Shown piece by piece: positions 48,233 to 59,800 of a stretch of 64,000 nt of DNA. The position numbers and the translations under genes are program-made. The stretch is from a virus. Under the pieces are notes generated by a model. The model saw only the letters and a program-made list of their open reading frames with translations, was not told where the DNA came from and ran no database searches. The DNA is taken from positions 1 to 64,000 of the IMG/VR virus record IMGVR_UViG_3300032284_001133; one strand, 5' to 3'. Position 1 is the stretch's first letter. Each line of letters opens with the position of its first letter.

Positions 48233-48502
48233 ATGTTAACTATAGAATCTTCTTTAGACTGGACCAAAGTAGACACTGAGCTACAACGATTAGGCAAAAT
48301 GCTTCCTATGTTTACGCATGATATTAAAAAAATATCAAAACATCTTTCTGAAGAAGTTAAAAAATTGTCTCAATTAGAAGTGGAACATAGAAATAGACAC
48401 AGCGGCAGAACTGAACAACTGTGCAAAGATCAATGTTCTAAAATAAATCAAGAACTTAAAAAAATAGAACAATACCATTTAATGTCCTTGCTTGCTAAGT
48501 AG
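48233..48502 (+). CDS. Hypothetical helical protein (89 aa)
   Basis: ORF fills the gap between terminator and next late promoter. Confidence 0.65.
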   Translation: MLTIESSLDWTKVDTELQRLGKMLPMFTHDIKKISKHLSEEVKKLSQLEVEHRNRHSGRTEQLCKDQCSKINQELKKIEQYHLMSLLAK

Positions 48503-48514
48503 GTAAATATTGGT

Positions 48515-49057
48515 ATGACTACTTCATGGATATATCCTACATCTGTTACTCAATCCGCAGAATTTTTAGAACATATTGAATGGTATAGTTCTAACGGAAA
48601 TTTAAATGTTTTATCTCAGTTAGATACTAATCATATACGCACCGTTAAAAATCTTTTGCATATATCTAATGCTACAGCAGGAGATATTAGACAAAAAACT
48701 TGGTACCTTTTTTGTACAGGTTTTAATTTTGACACATTACCTGATACAATCACCGGTCTTGATATTCAATTAAATGTAGTTAGAGGAAGAGTAGTAGAAG
48801 ACGTAGTGCAGTTAGTTTATCAAGGATCTTTAATAGGTGATAATAAAGTCTATTATTCACAAGACATTGAAAATCATATCAATGTTGTACCAAACCCTAT
48901 GTATAGCGGTGCAAATGATTATTGGAAGACAAATTTAACTTCAGCAATATTATCGGATCCTACATTTGGAGTTTGTTTACGTTTTCAAAGCCACCCATAT
49001 TATCCGCACAGTGAAGTTCCAGTTTTACATACAGTAGCTATGCGAGTTAATGGCTAA
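48515..49057 (+). CDS. Hypothetical beta-rich late protein (180 aa)
   Basis: TAAATA 5 nt upstream of ATG. Confidence 0.7.
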   Translation: MTTSWIYPTSVTQSAEFLEHIEWYSSNGNLNVLSQLDTNHIRTVKNLLHISNATAGDIRQKTWYLFCTGFNFDTLPDTITGLDIQLNVVRGRVVEDVVQLVYQGSLIGDNKVYYSQDIENHINVVPNPMYSGANDYWKTNLTSAILSDPTFGVCLRFQSHPYYPHSEVPVLHTVAMRVNG

Positions 49058-49078
49058 ATATGAATAAAGGAAACCTGC

Positions 49079-50080
49079 ATGAGTACTGAAGTTCTACGAT
49101 TATCTGGTGATTACAAAATTCAAGCCAATCCTGGAGGAACCATTACTATGGATCCTACTGGTCCTTCTGCAACTACAGGTACAGTTTTAATTAATGGTAA
49201 TTTAACAGTATTAGGTCAACAATCATATTTTCAAACTAACGACACGTTAATCAAAGACAATGTTATTGTTTTAAACGACGGTGAAACTAATGGCTATGTT
49301 ACTGCTGGATCTGCAGGGGTTGTTATAGATCGAGGAAATCATTACAGCAACACCTTGTCTGCTGTATTACTATTTGAAGAACAAAATTGGTCGGCTGCAG
49401 GCGTAAAACAAGTTAGAGGTATCTGGGATTTTAAAGTAGCAAATGTACAATCAGCTCTTAGAGCTAACGCAATTTTATTTGACGGGCAGGGTGCAAATTT
49501 AGATGGTCGTTTACTACTATTTGGAAACCAAGTCGGTATGTTAAATGTTGGATCACAAGGCGATCCAACAGGTGTTAGTTATGCTAGTCGAGTAACTCAA
49601 GAAAACGATATTCCTAACAAGTACTATGTTGACCACGTAGTATCTCAATCAACTGAAGTAAATTTTGCAACATCAGCAACTTATATTCAACAAGGTAATA
49701 GTTCTGTAATTATTAATGATTTTACAGTAACTGGTCAGCCTAGTAATATTATTGCCTACATTGATAACGAACAAACAGTTTTTATAGAAACAGATACCGT
49801 AGCACTTGCTGGCATTGCAATCACTAGCAGTACAATTAGAGCAAGTACTACTAACACAGATTTAATTTTATTAACAAATGGTACAGGAAACATTATAGCC
49901 AATGCGGCAGTATCGTTTCAAGTACCTCATATACCTCCTAGTTATACACACAATCAGGTTAAAGTTTACAGCACTTCAACTCCGGGATCAGGCGCATCAG
50001 GCCTATTGTATGTAAATAACTTAGGTAGTGATGAATTAACAGGAGCACGTAGGGCTATGGTTTTTAGCCTTATATTGTAA
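49079..50080 (+). CDS. Virion structural/fibre-like protein (333 aa)
   Basis: TAAATA at 49055-49060, AAGGA SD; INGNLTVLG..IKDNVIVLN and DIPNKYYVD fibre motifs, similar to a segment of 1388-3265. Confidence 0.7.
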   Translation: MSTEVLRLSGDYKIQANPGGTITMDPTGPSATTGTVLINGNLTVLGQQSYFQTNDTLIKDNVIVLNDGETNGYVTAGSAGVVIDRGNHYSNTLSAVLLFEEQNWSAAGVKQVRGIWDFKVANVQSALRANAILFDGQGANLDGRLLLFGNQVGMLNVGSQGDPTGVSYASRVTQENDIPNKYYVDHVVSQSTEVNFATSATYIQQGNSSVIINDFTVTGQPSNIIAYIDNEQTVFIETDTVALAGIAITSSTIRASTTNTDLILLTNGTGNIIANAAVSFQVPHIPPSYTHNQVKVYSTSTPGSGASGLLYVNNLGSDELTGARRAMVFSLIL

Positions 50081-50090
50081 AGGATAAAAA

Positions 50091-50408
50091 ATGGCAATAA
50101 CAAACAATTTATTAATTGCAACAGCACCTACCGTAGTGTTTACTGCAAGCGGCGAACAGGCAATTACTACTATGATATTTTGTAATACTACTCAGACAAC
50201 TGATGATTTAGTTACAGTATGGATTGTTCCTTCAACACAACCTCTTGACATTAGTCGTATGGTAATGAATCAAGTATCTTTACCAAAAGGCGAAACTTTT
50301 GCATTAGATTCTGAAAGATTTGTATTATCAGATGGAGATACAATCCAAGCACAATCTGCACAAAATGGTATTATATCTTGCACTATTAGTAGCATGGCGA
50401 CTCATTAA
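50091..50408 (+). CDS. Small virion structural protein (105 aa)
   Basis: AAGGA SD; E(R/K)FVLxxGDxI pattern shared with 56404-56790. Confidence 0.7.
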   Translation: MAITNNLLIATAPTVVFTASGEQAITTMIFCNTTQTTDDLVTVWIVPSTQPLDISRMVMNQVSLPKGETFALDSERFVLSDGDTIQAQSAQNGIISCTISSMATH

Positions 50409-50410
50409 TT

Positions 50411-51136
50411 ATGAAATTTTATAAACGCAAACCAATTGATCAACATAACCCGATAGATAGTTCATGGGCTGTGAATAGTGACGGGACTATTGTTACAAAT
50501 GCAAATGGTTCAATGGAAGTCCCGTCAGGCAATACAGGGCAAAGACCTACTTCGACAGTAGATGGACAAATGCGTTATAACACTACGTTAAATGAAGACG
50601 AAGCACACATTAACGGCGTATGGGAACGTATTAGAACAGTACGCCCGTCGACTATTATAGTTCAAAATTTAGGAAGCGGAAATTATCTTAATACATATTT
50701 TGGACCTTTAAATCCAGATTATGAACCGTCATATGCAAAAAGTTCTGCAAATATAATGGTGTATGTTGATAATGTTTATCAAATTCCTGAATATAATTAT
50801 TCATTAACGTTAACTTCCCCTGCAGATTTTCAAATATCAACCAGTGACAATGTTGGTATAGGCAGTTCAACAATTCCTCTTTCAACCCTTACTAATGTAC
50901 TAGTAGGAATGACAGTTAGCGGATCTTCAGCATTGCAAGCAAATACTACAGTTGCATCTATTGATTCATCATCAACTTCTATAGTGCTTAGTTTACAAAC
51001 AGTTGATAATATTCCATCATCGACTTCGATAGATTTTACCTATACCACAGGTACATATATTAATTTTTCAGGACCTGTTCCTATGAAACCAGTAATTGCA
51101 TTATTTGGTTTCGACGGCTATTTTCCTCCAGCCTGA
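50411..51136 (+). CDS. Virion structural/fibre-associated protein (241 aa)
   Basis: VPSGNTGQRP....GQMRYNTT....E....G.W motif common in T4-like fibre proteins. Confidence 0.72.
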   Translation: MKFYKRKPIDQHNPIDSSWAVNSDGTIVTNANGSMEVPSGNTGQRPTSTVDGQMRYNTTLNEDEAHINGVWERIRTVRPSTIIVQNLGSGNYLNTYFGPLNPDYEPSYAKSSANIMVYVDNVYQIPEYNYSLTLTSPADFQISTSDNVGIGSSTIPLSTLTNVLVGMTVSGSSALQANTTVASIDSSSTSIVLSLQTVDNIPSSTSIDFTYTTGTYINFSGPVPMKPVIALFGFDGYFPPA

Positions 51137-51268
51137 CCTTTAAAAACCACAAATATCCTAGCGGGAATAAATACATTCGATGCCAGAATTTTTGGCAGTC
51201 GATCATACAGTGGTAAACCCGCTATGTAAGGTGGTTATCCGTGAAACACGGTGTATTGAGGAGCTGAC

Positions 51269-54200
51269 ATGGCCGTAGGTCGTATAACGGGTCCACTCTT
51301 AGCGCAGAATCTTAACCGCGACGGAGTTGACTTATCATTTGAAACAGATTTATTATACCTTGACGTTAATAATGGTCAGATCGGTATTAAAACTGCAAGT
51401 CCTCAATACACGCTAGATGTAAACGGCACACTTCATACTTTAAATTTAATTGCAGATAACACCAGCACTATTGGACTAATGGTGTTTTCTAGTACTACGT
51501 CTAGTAGTACAGTTTCTACATTACACGGTCCTATATCTATTGCTCCATCTGGGCAAGAAAACATCTACTTAGTTGGTAACACATTTGTTACTGGTGATGT
51601 ACGTGCTACTGGTAACTTTTATGCACGTGGTAACATACAATTAGGTGTTTATACAGCTACTGATACTATTTCGTTTGGTGGCGAGGTTAACACAAACATT
51701 ACACCTTTTATTAGTTCAGGAACATACTATTCTACTGTAACTAATGGTACTACGGTCACTACTTTTACAACTAATACTAGTGTATTTTCTGGATTTAATT
51801 TTGGTAGTACTACTAGCTACTGGGCTGGAGGTTATTTCCAAGATTTGTATGCTAATACAATTAGTCCAGCAGATACCGCAACAAATATTACAATGTTTCC
51901 TAACCCTGTCTTAAACAGTAAAGGGTTACCAGGAAATGCATTAACAATCAATGGCGACATAAGAGTATACGGCGGAAGTCCTATTGGTACAGCACCGGTG
52001 GTTAGTAACGTACTTTATGTGACTATGGACGGAAATGATTCTAACGATGGTCGAGCAGAAGATGCTAGTCGTGCTTGTCGTACCATCAGCGGTGCAGTAA
52101 ATAGTCCGTTTTATAAACAAGGAACAGTTATTAAAGTCCGTAGCGGACACTATTACGAAAACAATCCTATTCAATTATTACCTTATACATCAGTAATAGG
52201 AGATGATTTACGTACAACATTTATCGAACCTTTAAACAAAACAGTTGACTTATTTCATGTTAATTCAGGTGTTTACATTGCACAAATGCAATTTAGAAAT
52301 TTACGAAGAGGCCAAGTAACCCGTTACGCCCCAGGCGGAGCAGGTACATATACCACTGGTGCTTATTGCGTAGCATTTCCTCCTAGTTTAACGAATCCTA
52401 TAGATTTATTTTACAGTCCATATATTCAAAATTGTACTAATCAATCCGGTCCTTGGCTACGTGACGGTACTATGTTTGTACCTAATCAAACAGTTCAAGT
52501 TCCTAATGTTGTTGCTACAAGCACATACGTTGCAGGAACTTTAACATTAACAGTTAATGTTGTACCTGGAACAATTGAGATGATTGAAATAGGTAATACT
52601 GTTAACGGTTCTGGAATAGTAACAGATTCATTAAACGAAGTTCCTGTAGTTGTGAGCATACAAAATCCAGATTTTGGATTTAATAATGCCGCTATATTGC
52701 TAACAAAAAATAAAAATTATCTAATAGCCGAAACTATTGGTTACATTAATTATAATAATAGCGGATTTACTTACAATCAAGACACATGCAAAAGAGATTT
52801 AGGATTAATAATTGATGCTATTATTCATGATTCTGTGTTAGGTGGAAATGAAAAATCTGTTGAAGCAGGACTTGCATATTGGACTGGAAATAACAATATT
52901 ATTTCTAATGAAATATCAACAACAACTAATGCTATTTCTTATCTAGGAACCATAGCTCAAAATATTATAGCAAACACACATCCAGGAACAACTTATCAAA
53001 ATACTGTTCAACAATATATTGATACTGATTTAACAGGCGGAAGTGTTGCCGGAACAAATATCACAGCATGTATTAATACAATTAATGATATAATTCAAAA
53101 TTGGGCAGGTGTCGAAAATGCCGCTAGTTTATTAACAGCCAATAGAAGTTTTATTCAATCAGAAGTTGTTGCTTATGTCAATAATACTTTTGGTGCTCCA
53201 TTTAATTATGATCAAACTAAATGTGCTAGAGATACAGGATTAATTGTTGATAGTATTAGTTTAGATTTAATGTATCAAGGAACAAGCCAAAGTAATTTTA
53301 CAGGTTTACAATATTGGAATCACTCAGCAACCACTAATTCTATATTATTAGGCGAACAAACTACAACAACCAATGCTATAAACTACATTAAAAATTTAGC
53401 ATTACAAATTGTAACTAACACACCTATTATAACTCATTATCAAAATACTGTACCTCAAGTAATAAATTCTTTTACTGGTACTACTACAAACATTACATCT
53501 GAGTTTAATTTAATTGTTTCTATTATTAATAGTGGGACACATGGAGTTACTGATTTAATTGTACCAAACGGAATTACAAGTGTTAATACACTTACGGTTA
53601 ATACCTATAATTTATTAGAGGCAAACAAAACATTTTTACAAGCAGAGGCTGTAGCTTTTGTAGAAGCAACTAAAACAGCAGGTTTTCATTATACTACCGC
53701 AACATGTTATCGAGATGTTGGTTATATTATTGATAGTGTAGCATTTGATATTCTACACAGCGGCAATAGACAAGCAATTCAAGCTGGTACCTACTATTAT
53801 GGTTATAGTACAACTGATAGTGCTATTCCAAATGAGTCTATACAAACGATTGCGGCCTATAATTATTTAAAAACTATAGTAGAATATGTAGTCACAGCAA
53901 CACCTATACAGAATCCATATCAAACATATTCTTTACAAAATTATTCTTATCCTCCAGCTACAGGTTTAGAAGTTACAACATTAAAAAATGATATTGATTT
54001 AATTATTAGTATTATTAAAAATGGACCAAGTGCTGCCGGACCTAAAACACCTATTGGATTAACTCCAAGTTCTAATCCTAATGTAGCTAAAGCATATACA
54101 TTGTTAAATGCTAATAGGTCTTTTATTGCTAGTGAAATTGTTTCATTTATTAATGCAACGTTCCCTCAATCAGGATTTAAATACAATCAAGATATATGTT

Positions 54201-56386
54201 ACAGAGATATTGGATATATTATAGATGCAGTACAAAATGACATCTTACATAAATCAAACACTAGTACAATATATGCAGGTTTACAGTATTGGAACGGACA
54301 ATATACTTCTTTAAAGGGAGAAATTCCTCAAACATACTATGCAATAGAATATGCTAAAAATCTAGCAGTTGATGTTATTTCAAATACAACAGTTACTCAA
54401 CTTTTACAAACTGGTACTAATGTTGTCAATCAAGTTATCAACTACGATTTAACAAATGGATCAACAGCTACAACATCTTTGCAAACTGCATTTGATATTG
54501 TAGCAGGTATTGTTCAATATGGTCCCGAAGCGGCACCATTAACTACTAAATCAAATCTAACACAATTTATTGTTACATTAAGCACATCAACTACAGCAGG
54601 AGCATCTAACGATACAATTTATTTTGGTGATACATCAGTATATCCGTTGCAAGATGAATTTATACCTACTGCTTGGTCAACAAGTACCAACGCCGATAGA
54701 AGAATTGATCCGCACGGATCGGGCGGAGGTGCTCTTGTAGACGGTAATGCTCCATCGTTAAGAAGCCCTATTCAATCTTTTGTATTTGATGCGTTTACAC
54801 AGGTTAATCAAGGTGGTAATGGCATACACATTATTAACAAGGGATATGCTCAGTTAGTTTCTGTGTTTACAATTTTCTGTGACGTTGCTGTTCATTGTGA
54901 AAGCGGTGGTATTTGTTCTATTACAAATAGTAATAGCAACTTTGGAGACTTATGTTTAGTATCAGAGGGATTCGGTCCAAGAGAATTCGGAGGAACAATT
55001 TACAATCCTCCTATTGAAAACTATCCATTAGGGTTCTATCCATACAATCAAGAAGTGGCTGTATTTGTTCCTAATCCCCTTAATCGTCCACATATTAGTT
55101 TAGTAATGGAGGTAGTTCCTCCTGACACTTATGTTGACTACGATGGCAATATTGTTCCTTATGTTAACGAACAAGGTTTTCCTGGATTTCTATCAGGTGC
55201 ATCAAGCATGGATGTACTAACCACAGGATCATATGTTATTACAACAAATTCTTCAACTGGTATAGTTTTTGATACAACTGATATTGCAGTTGGACAAAAT
55301 GTTTATATTGTAGATCAATATGGAAGCCAGTACGATTCACATAATAATCTATATCTAAATGCAAATACAGTAGTTACAAAAGTAGAATACCAATCTATCA
55401 CTTTAAGTAATCCTATTAATGCAGGCGGCGGCCAATCTGGAAATGCAAATTATTTTAATATATACACATGCGGCAATGCGTATTATTCTATTTTGTCTAG
55501 CGTAGTTGCTCCAGATCCTATCCCTGCAGGTCAAAGCAAAATTACAGGTCAAGTTACTGAAACTATAGCGGCAATCAATTATGCTAATACCTTGTCTCAG
55601 AAAATTATTTCAAATCAAATTGTTACTAGTTTACAAACAGGAACAACAACATCTACTCAAATTACAAATAATTCGTTAAATGGGGCACCTGCTGGTTCGT
55701 TTATTGCTAACGAATTTAATATTATTAACAGCATCATATTGACGGGTCCAAACAATGCCCCTGTAGTTACAACAACAGGTACAATCGCTACAAATGCACC
55801 CGATGCGGCCAGCTTGTTGTCATTAAACAGATCATTTATTCAAGATGAAGTTATTGCCTATGTAAATTCAGCGTACCCTGGGTTTAATTACAATCAAAGA
55901 AAATGTAGAAGGGACGTTGGATTACTAATAGATGCAGTAGTAGCAGATTTGAATACAGGTGGAAATTTCCGTGCTATAGAAGCAGGAGGAACATACTATT
56001 CTAAATCAGGAACATATCATATTGTAACTCTTGAAGATAACGTAAGAAATCCTTTATTATTTGTCGATGGGGTAACAGTTAACTTCTATCAACGTAGCTA
56101 CATGAGCGCAAGCGGATATTTGTTTGAGTATGTAGGTGCTGGTACGCAATACGGCGCACTACCTCAGGTAGGAAAAGCAGATCCTATACAGAGTAAAGAA
56201 GTAATTCAGTTAAATAATGGTAAGGTGTTCTTTACTTCAACGGATCAAAACGGTGATTTCAGGATCGGCCCAGGGCTCGTTATTAGCCAAGCAACAGGCG
56301 TTTTAAGTGGACGAACTTTCCAAAAGAGCTTGTATGCAGAAATGACACCGTTCATTTTAGCAGTTGAAGCTGGTAGCAGTGAGTAA
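51269..56386 (+). CDS. Large repeat-containing virion/fibre protein (1705 aa)
   Basis: GAGGAG SD; LYVTMDGNDSNDG beta-helix-type start; repeated NxxFIxxE..AY..Y...CxRDxGxIxD units. Confidence 0.8.
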   Translation: MAVGRITGPLLAQNLNRDGVDLSFETDLLYLDVNNGQIGIKTASPQYTLDVNGTLHTLNLIADNTSTIGLMVFSSTTSSSTVSTLHGPISIAPSGQENIYLVGNTFVTGDVRATGNFYARGNIQLGVYTATDTISFGGEVNTNITPFISSGTYYSTVTNGTTVTTFTTNTSVFSGFNFGSTTSYWAGGYFQDLYANTISPADTATNITMFPNPVLNSKGLPGNALTINGDIRVYGGSPIGTAPVVSNVLYVTMDGNDSNDGRAEDASRACRTISGAVNSPFYKQGTVIKVRSGHYYENNPIQLLPYTSVIGDDLRTTFIEPLNKTVDLFHVNSGVYIAQMQFRNLRRGQVTRYAPGGAGTYTTGAYCVAFPPSLTNPIDLFYSPYIQNCTNQSGPWLRDGTMFVPNQTVQVPNVVATSTYVAGTLTLTVNVVPGTIEMIEIGNTVNGSGIVTDSLNEVPVVVSIQNPDFGFNNAAILLTKNKNYLIAETIGYINYNNSGFTYNQDTCKRDLGLIIDAIIHDSVLGGNEKSVEAGLAYWTGNNNIISNEISTTTNAISYLGTIAQNIIANTHPGTTYQNTVQQYIDTDLTGGSVAGTNITACINTINDIIQNWAGVENAASLLTANRSFIQSEVVAYVNNTFGAPFNYDQTKCARDTGLIVDSISLDLMYQGTSQSNFTGLQYWNHSATTNSILLGEQTTTTNAINYIKNLALQIVTNTPIITHYQNTVPQVINSFTGTTTNITSEFNLIVSIINSGTHGVTDLIVPNGITSVNTLTVNTYNLLEANKTFLQAEAVAFVEATKTAGFHYTTATCYRDVGYIIDSVAFDILHSGNRQAIQAGTYYYGYSTTDSAIPNESIQTIAAYNYLKTIVEYVVTATPIQNPYQTYSLQNYSYPPATGLEVTTLKNDIDLIISIIKNGPSAAGPKTPIGLTPSSNPNVAKAYTLLNANRSFIASEIVSFINATFPQSGFKYNQDICYRDIGYIIDAVQNDILHKSNTSTIYAGLQYWNGQYTSLKGEIPQTYYAIEYAKNLAVDVISNTTVTQLLQTGTNVVNQVINYDLTNGSTATTSLQTAFDIVAGIVQYGPEAAPLTTKSNLTQFIVTLSTSTTAGASNDTIYFGDTSVYPLQDEFIPTAWSTSTNADRRIDPHGSGGGALVDGNAPSLRSPIQSFVFDAFTQVNQGGNGIHIINKGYAQLVSVFTIFCDVAVHCESGGICSITNSNSNFGDLCLVSEGFGPREFGGTIYNPPIENYPLGFYPYNQEVAVFVPNPLNRPHISLVMEVVPPDTYVDYDGNIVPYVNEQGFPGFLSGASSMDVLTTGSYVITTNSSTGIVFDTTDIAVGQNVYIVDQYGSQYDSHNNLYLNANTVVTKVEYQSITLSNPINAGGGQSGNANYFNIYTCGNAYYSILSSVVAPDPIPAGQSKITGQVTETIAAINYANTLSQKIISNQIVTSLQTGTTTSTQITNNSLNGAPAGSFIANEFNIINSIILTGPNNAPVVTTTGTIATNAPDAASLLSLNRSFIQDEVIAYVNSAYPGFNYNQRKCRRDVGLLIDAVVADLNTGGNFRAIEAGGTYYSKSGTYHIVTLEDNVRNPLLFVDGVTVNFYQRSYMSASGYLFEYVGAGTQYGALPQVGKADPIQSKEVIQLNNGKVFFTSTDQNGDFRIGPGLVISQATGVLSGRTFQKSLYAEMTPFILAVEAGSSE

Positions 56387-56403
56387 AAATTAAGGAGAAA
56401 TAA

Positions 56404-56790
56404 ATGGCATTAATTCCATTAAACACGTTTAGAACAATGACAGCGGTCTTGAATACCTCTACCACTGCCACTGTTTACGTAGCACCAATTGGTGTTACAA
56501 GTATTATATTGATGGCGCAGGTTGCTAATGTTGATAACAATAACGCACATTATGTAACTATGAGCCACCATAGAAATTTTAGAGTATTACCGAATGCACA
56601 AGGCAATAACGGTCAAGCACCAAATGTTATAACAGAAATTGTCTATGGATTTGGCGTTCCTAACAATGATTCGGCATCGCTGATTTCAGGTAAGATGATT
56701 TTAGAAAGCCAAGATAGCGTTATTGCTTATGCTGATACAACATCGACTATGAAGTTAACATTATCGATTCTTGAGACAGCTAATACATAA
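56404..56790 (+). CDS. Small virion structural protein (128 aa)
   Basis: AAGGAG SD; GKMILESQD...LSILE pattern; sits between the two giant repeat genes. Confidence 0.75.
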   Translation: MALIPLNTFRTMTAVLNTSTTATVYVAPIGVTSIILMAQVANVDNNNAHYVTMSHHRNFRVLPNAQGNNGQAPNVITEIVYGFGVPNNDSASLISGKMILESQDSVIAYADTTSTMKLTLSILETANT

Positions 56791-56804
56791 TAAAGAGATA
56801 GAAC

Positions 56805-59800
56805 ATGCCTAAGTTACTAAGTAATAGAAAACCGGTTTTTCCGCCAAATAAGTTAACCGATGATAGATTTAAATATCTCGGCCTAAGTCAGGCTCAACCT
56901 GCATTAGGAGAAGCTCCTACACAAAATGAGGGCTATACTATTCAGACTGATGGTACCGGTAAAGCTACATTTAGTGACACATTAGGTCAATTAAAATTTG
57001 TTAGTCAAAATATTAGTACAACATTACCTGGTGATATGACCTTTACTAATACCAATGGTAACATTGTTATTAGTCCGTATGTTAAAGCACAAATAAATGG
57101 AAATTTTGAAGTAGAAGGTGATATTCTTGTCAAAGGTAAAAATCCATTAGGTACAGCACCAGTAGTCAGTAACGTACTTTATGTAACCATGGACGGTGAT
57201 GATAAAAATGATGGTCGTGCTATGGATGCTACTCGTGCTTGTCGTACTATTAGTGGAGCTGTTCGTAGTCCTTACTATCAAGAAGGTACAGTCATTAAAG
57301 TATCATCAGGTCATTATTACGAAGAAAATCCTATTCCATTAAAAGGTTATACTTGTGTTATTGGCGATGATTTAAGAACCGTTTTTATTGAACCATTAAA
57401 TAGAGATCAAGATTTATTTCACGTTAACTCAGGTGTATATGTTGCACAAATGCAAATGCGTAATTTACGCAGAGGTAGTGTTGAACGCTATGCCCCAGGC
57501 GGAGCAGGTACATATACCACCGGTGCTTATTGCGTAGCATTTCCTCCTAGCTTAACCGATCCTATTGATCTATATTACAGTCCATATATTCAAAATTGTA
57601 CTAACCAAACAGGTCCTTGGTTAATGGACGGAACAATGTTTGTTCCAAACCAAACTGTTCAAATTCCTTTAGCAGCCGGTACAGCAACTTGGAGTGCAAA
57701 TACCAATACAATTACTGTAGCAGTAAACTTAGGTACAATTTCAGTTGGCATGGCAGTCAATGACGCGGCTAATGAGGGTTACAGAAATGCTCAATTGTTA
57801 TTGCAAGAAAATAAAGTATTTTTACAAACTGAAGTTAATGCGTTCATTAATACAGAATATTCAAGTCTAGTGTATGATACATCATTGAGTTTTAGAGATG
57901 TTGGTACACTAGTTGATGCAGTATCGGGTGATGCAAGATTTGGCGGTAACGGCCGAAGTATTATTGCAGGTTTATCATACTGGAACGGAAACACCAGTGT
58001 ACTAACCACTAATGAATCTCTTGCTTGTGTAGCGGCAATTAATTACCTTGCAACATTGGCTCAGTCAATTATAACTAATACTACTATAGCTTCACCGTAT
58101 CAAAATTCAGTTTCTCAAACAATTGATAATTCTTTATCTGGTGGATCTGTAGTTTCAACTCGTATAACAAATTTATTTTCTATTATAACATCTATAATAA
58201 CTGGAGGTCCTGGTTCGGAACCTGCTAGAGTAGATGATTTATACGGATTAATTTATCCAACCGGTCTAAGTCCCAATCAAGTTAATAATGCAAGTACAGT
58301 TACAAATGTAGTAGACAACGGTGGTGGCTCATTTACCATTACGTTAAGTTCGCCGACCGTGTCTGAAAGCGATGATGCTACATTATATTTTGGTTATACA
58401 ACAGTTTACCCATATTTAGATGCAGACATTCCTGATTACTGGTCAACAAGTACCAACGCCGATAGAAGACTAGATCCTCACGGAGCTGGAGGAGGAGCTT
58501 TAGTTGACGGAAATGCACCTTCTTTAAAATCTCCTATTCAATCATTTGTGTTCGATGCCTTTACTCAAGTTACACAGGGCGGACATGGCATACACATTAT
58601 TAATAACGGATATGCACAGCTAGTTTCTGTGTTTACATTGTTCTGCGATCAGGCGGTTACAACAGAAAACGGCGGTATCGCTTCTATTACTAACTCTAAC
58701 GCCAACTTTGGTGATTTATGTTTAGTGTCTAAAGGTCTAGGAAAATTAGATTTTTCTGGAATTGTTTGGAATCCCCCATACCCAACAAATAGACCTAATG
58801 GGCAATTCTATCCATTGGGTTACTGGCCGCAAAGACAACAAATGGAAGTGTTTATTCCTAACAGCGTAAATCGACCACATATTGGTTTGGTTATGGAAGT
58901 TGTTCCTCCTGATACCTATCTAGATTACAGTAGCAATCGAGTACCGTACGTCAACTCAGAAGGTTATCCCGGTTATCTAGTTGCGGCATCTAATACAGGT
59001 ACAATTACAACCGGTAGTTATACAATTAGTGGAATTGACACTACTGATATTGCAGTAGGACATACTTTATACATTAGAGATATTTACGGACTCGAAGGGC
59101 CGTACGGAAGCACAACTACCTATGTAACAACAGGTACTCAGGTAGTTGACGTAGGGTTCCAAACTGTTACTCTAGATCAACCTATTTTAACAGGCGGCGG
59201 AGATGTTACAAATCCAAATTATCTAAATTTATATTTCTGCGGTAATGCTTACTATACAGTTTTATCAAGCCAAATTGATGAAACTTTATCTCATACCGGA
59301 TCTGTTGCAACATCAGTTATTCCTGGAGAAGTAACTACTACCGCTAATGCTATTGCCTATGCAAGAGATCTAGCGGTACAAATTATTGCAAATCAAACAG
59401 CAACATTATACCAAACAGATGTTGCTCAAATAATAGATCCAACATTTAATACAGGTGGTCCGCAAGGCCCTACTATTATTGATAGATTTAACGATATTAT
59501 TGGTGTTATTACCGGAGGTAATCCTCAATTAGAATATAACATCAACGGACAATTTAAGAAAACAGATCAAAGTGTATTAGATGCGGCTAAATTATTAGAA
59601 AAGAATAGAAATTTTATTCAGGCACAAACTGCGGCATACGCAGATACACTATGGCCAAGCCGTTATAGTTATAATGCAGAAATCTGTGCTCGTGATACAG
59701 GACTGATTGTAGATGCTATTGCACAAGACATGTTGTTTAGTGGAACAAGCCAAAGTACTTTTGCGGCAATTCAATATTGGAATCAAGGCGATTCTAATAT

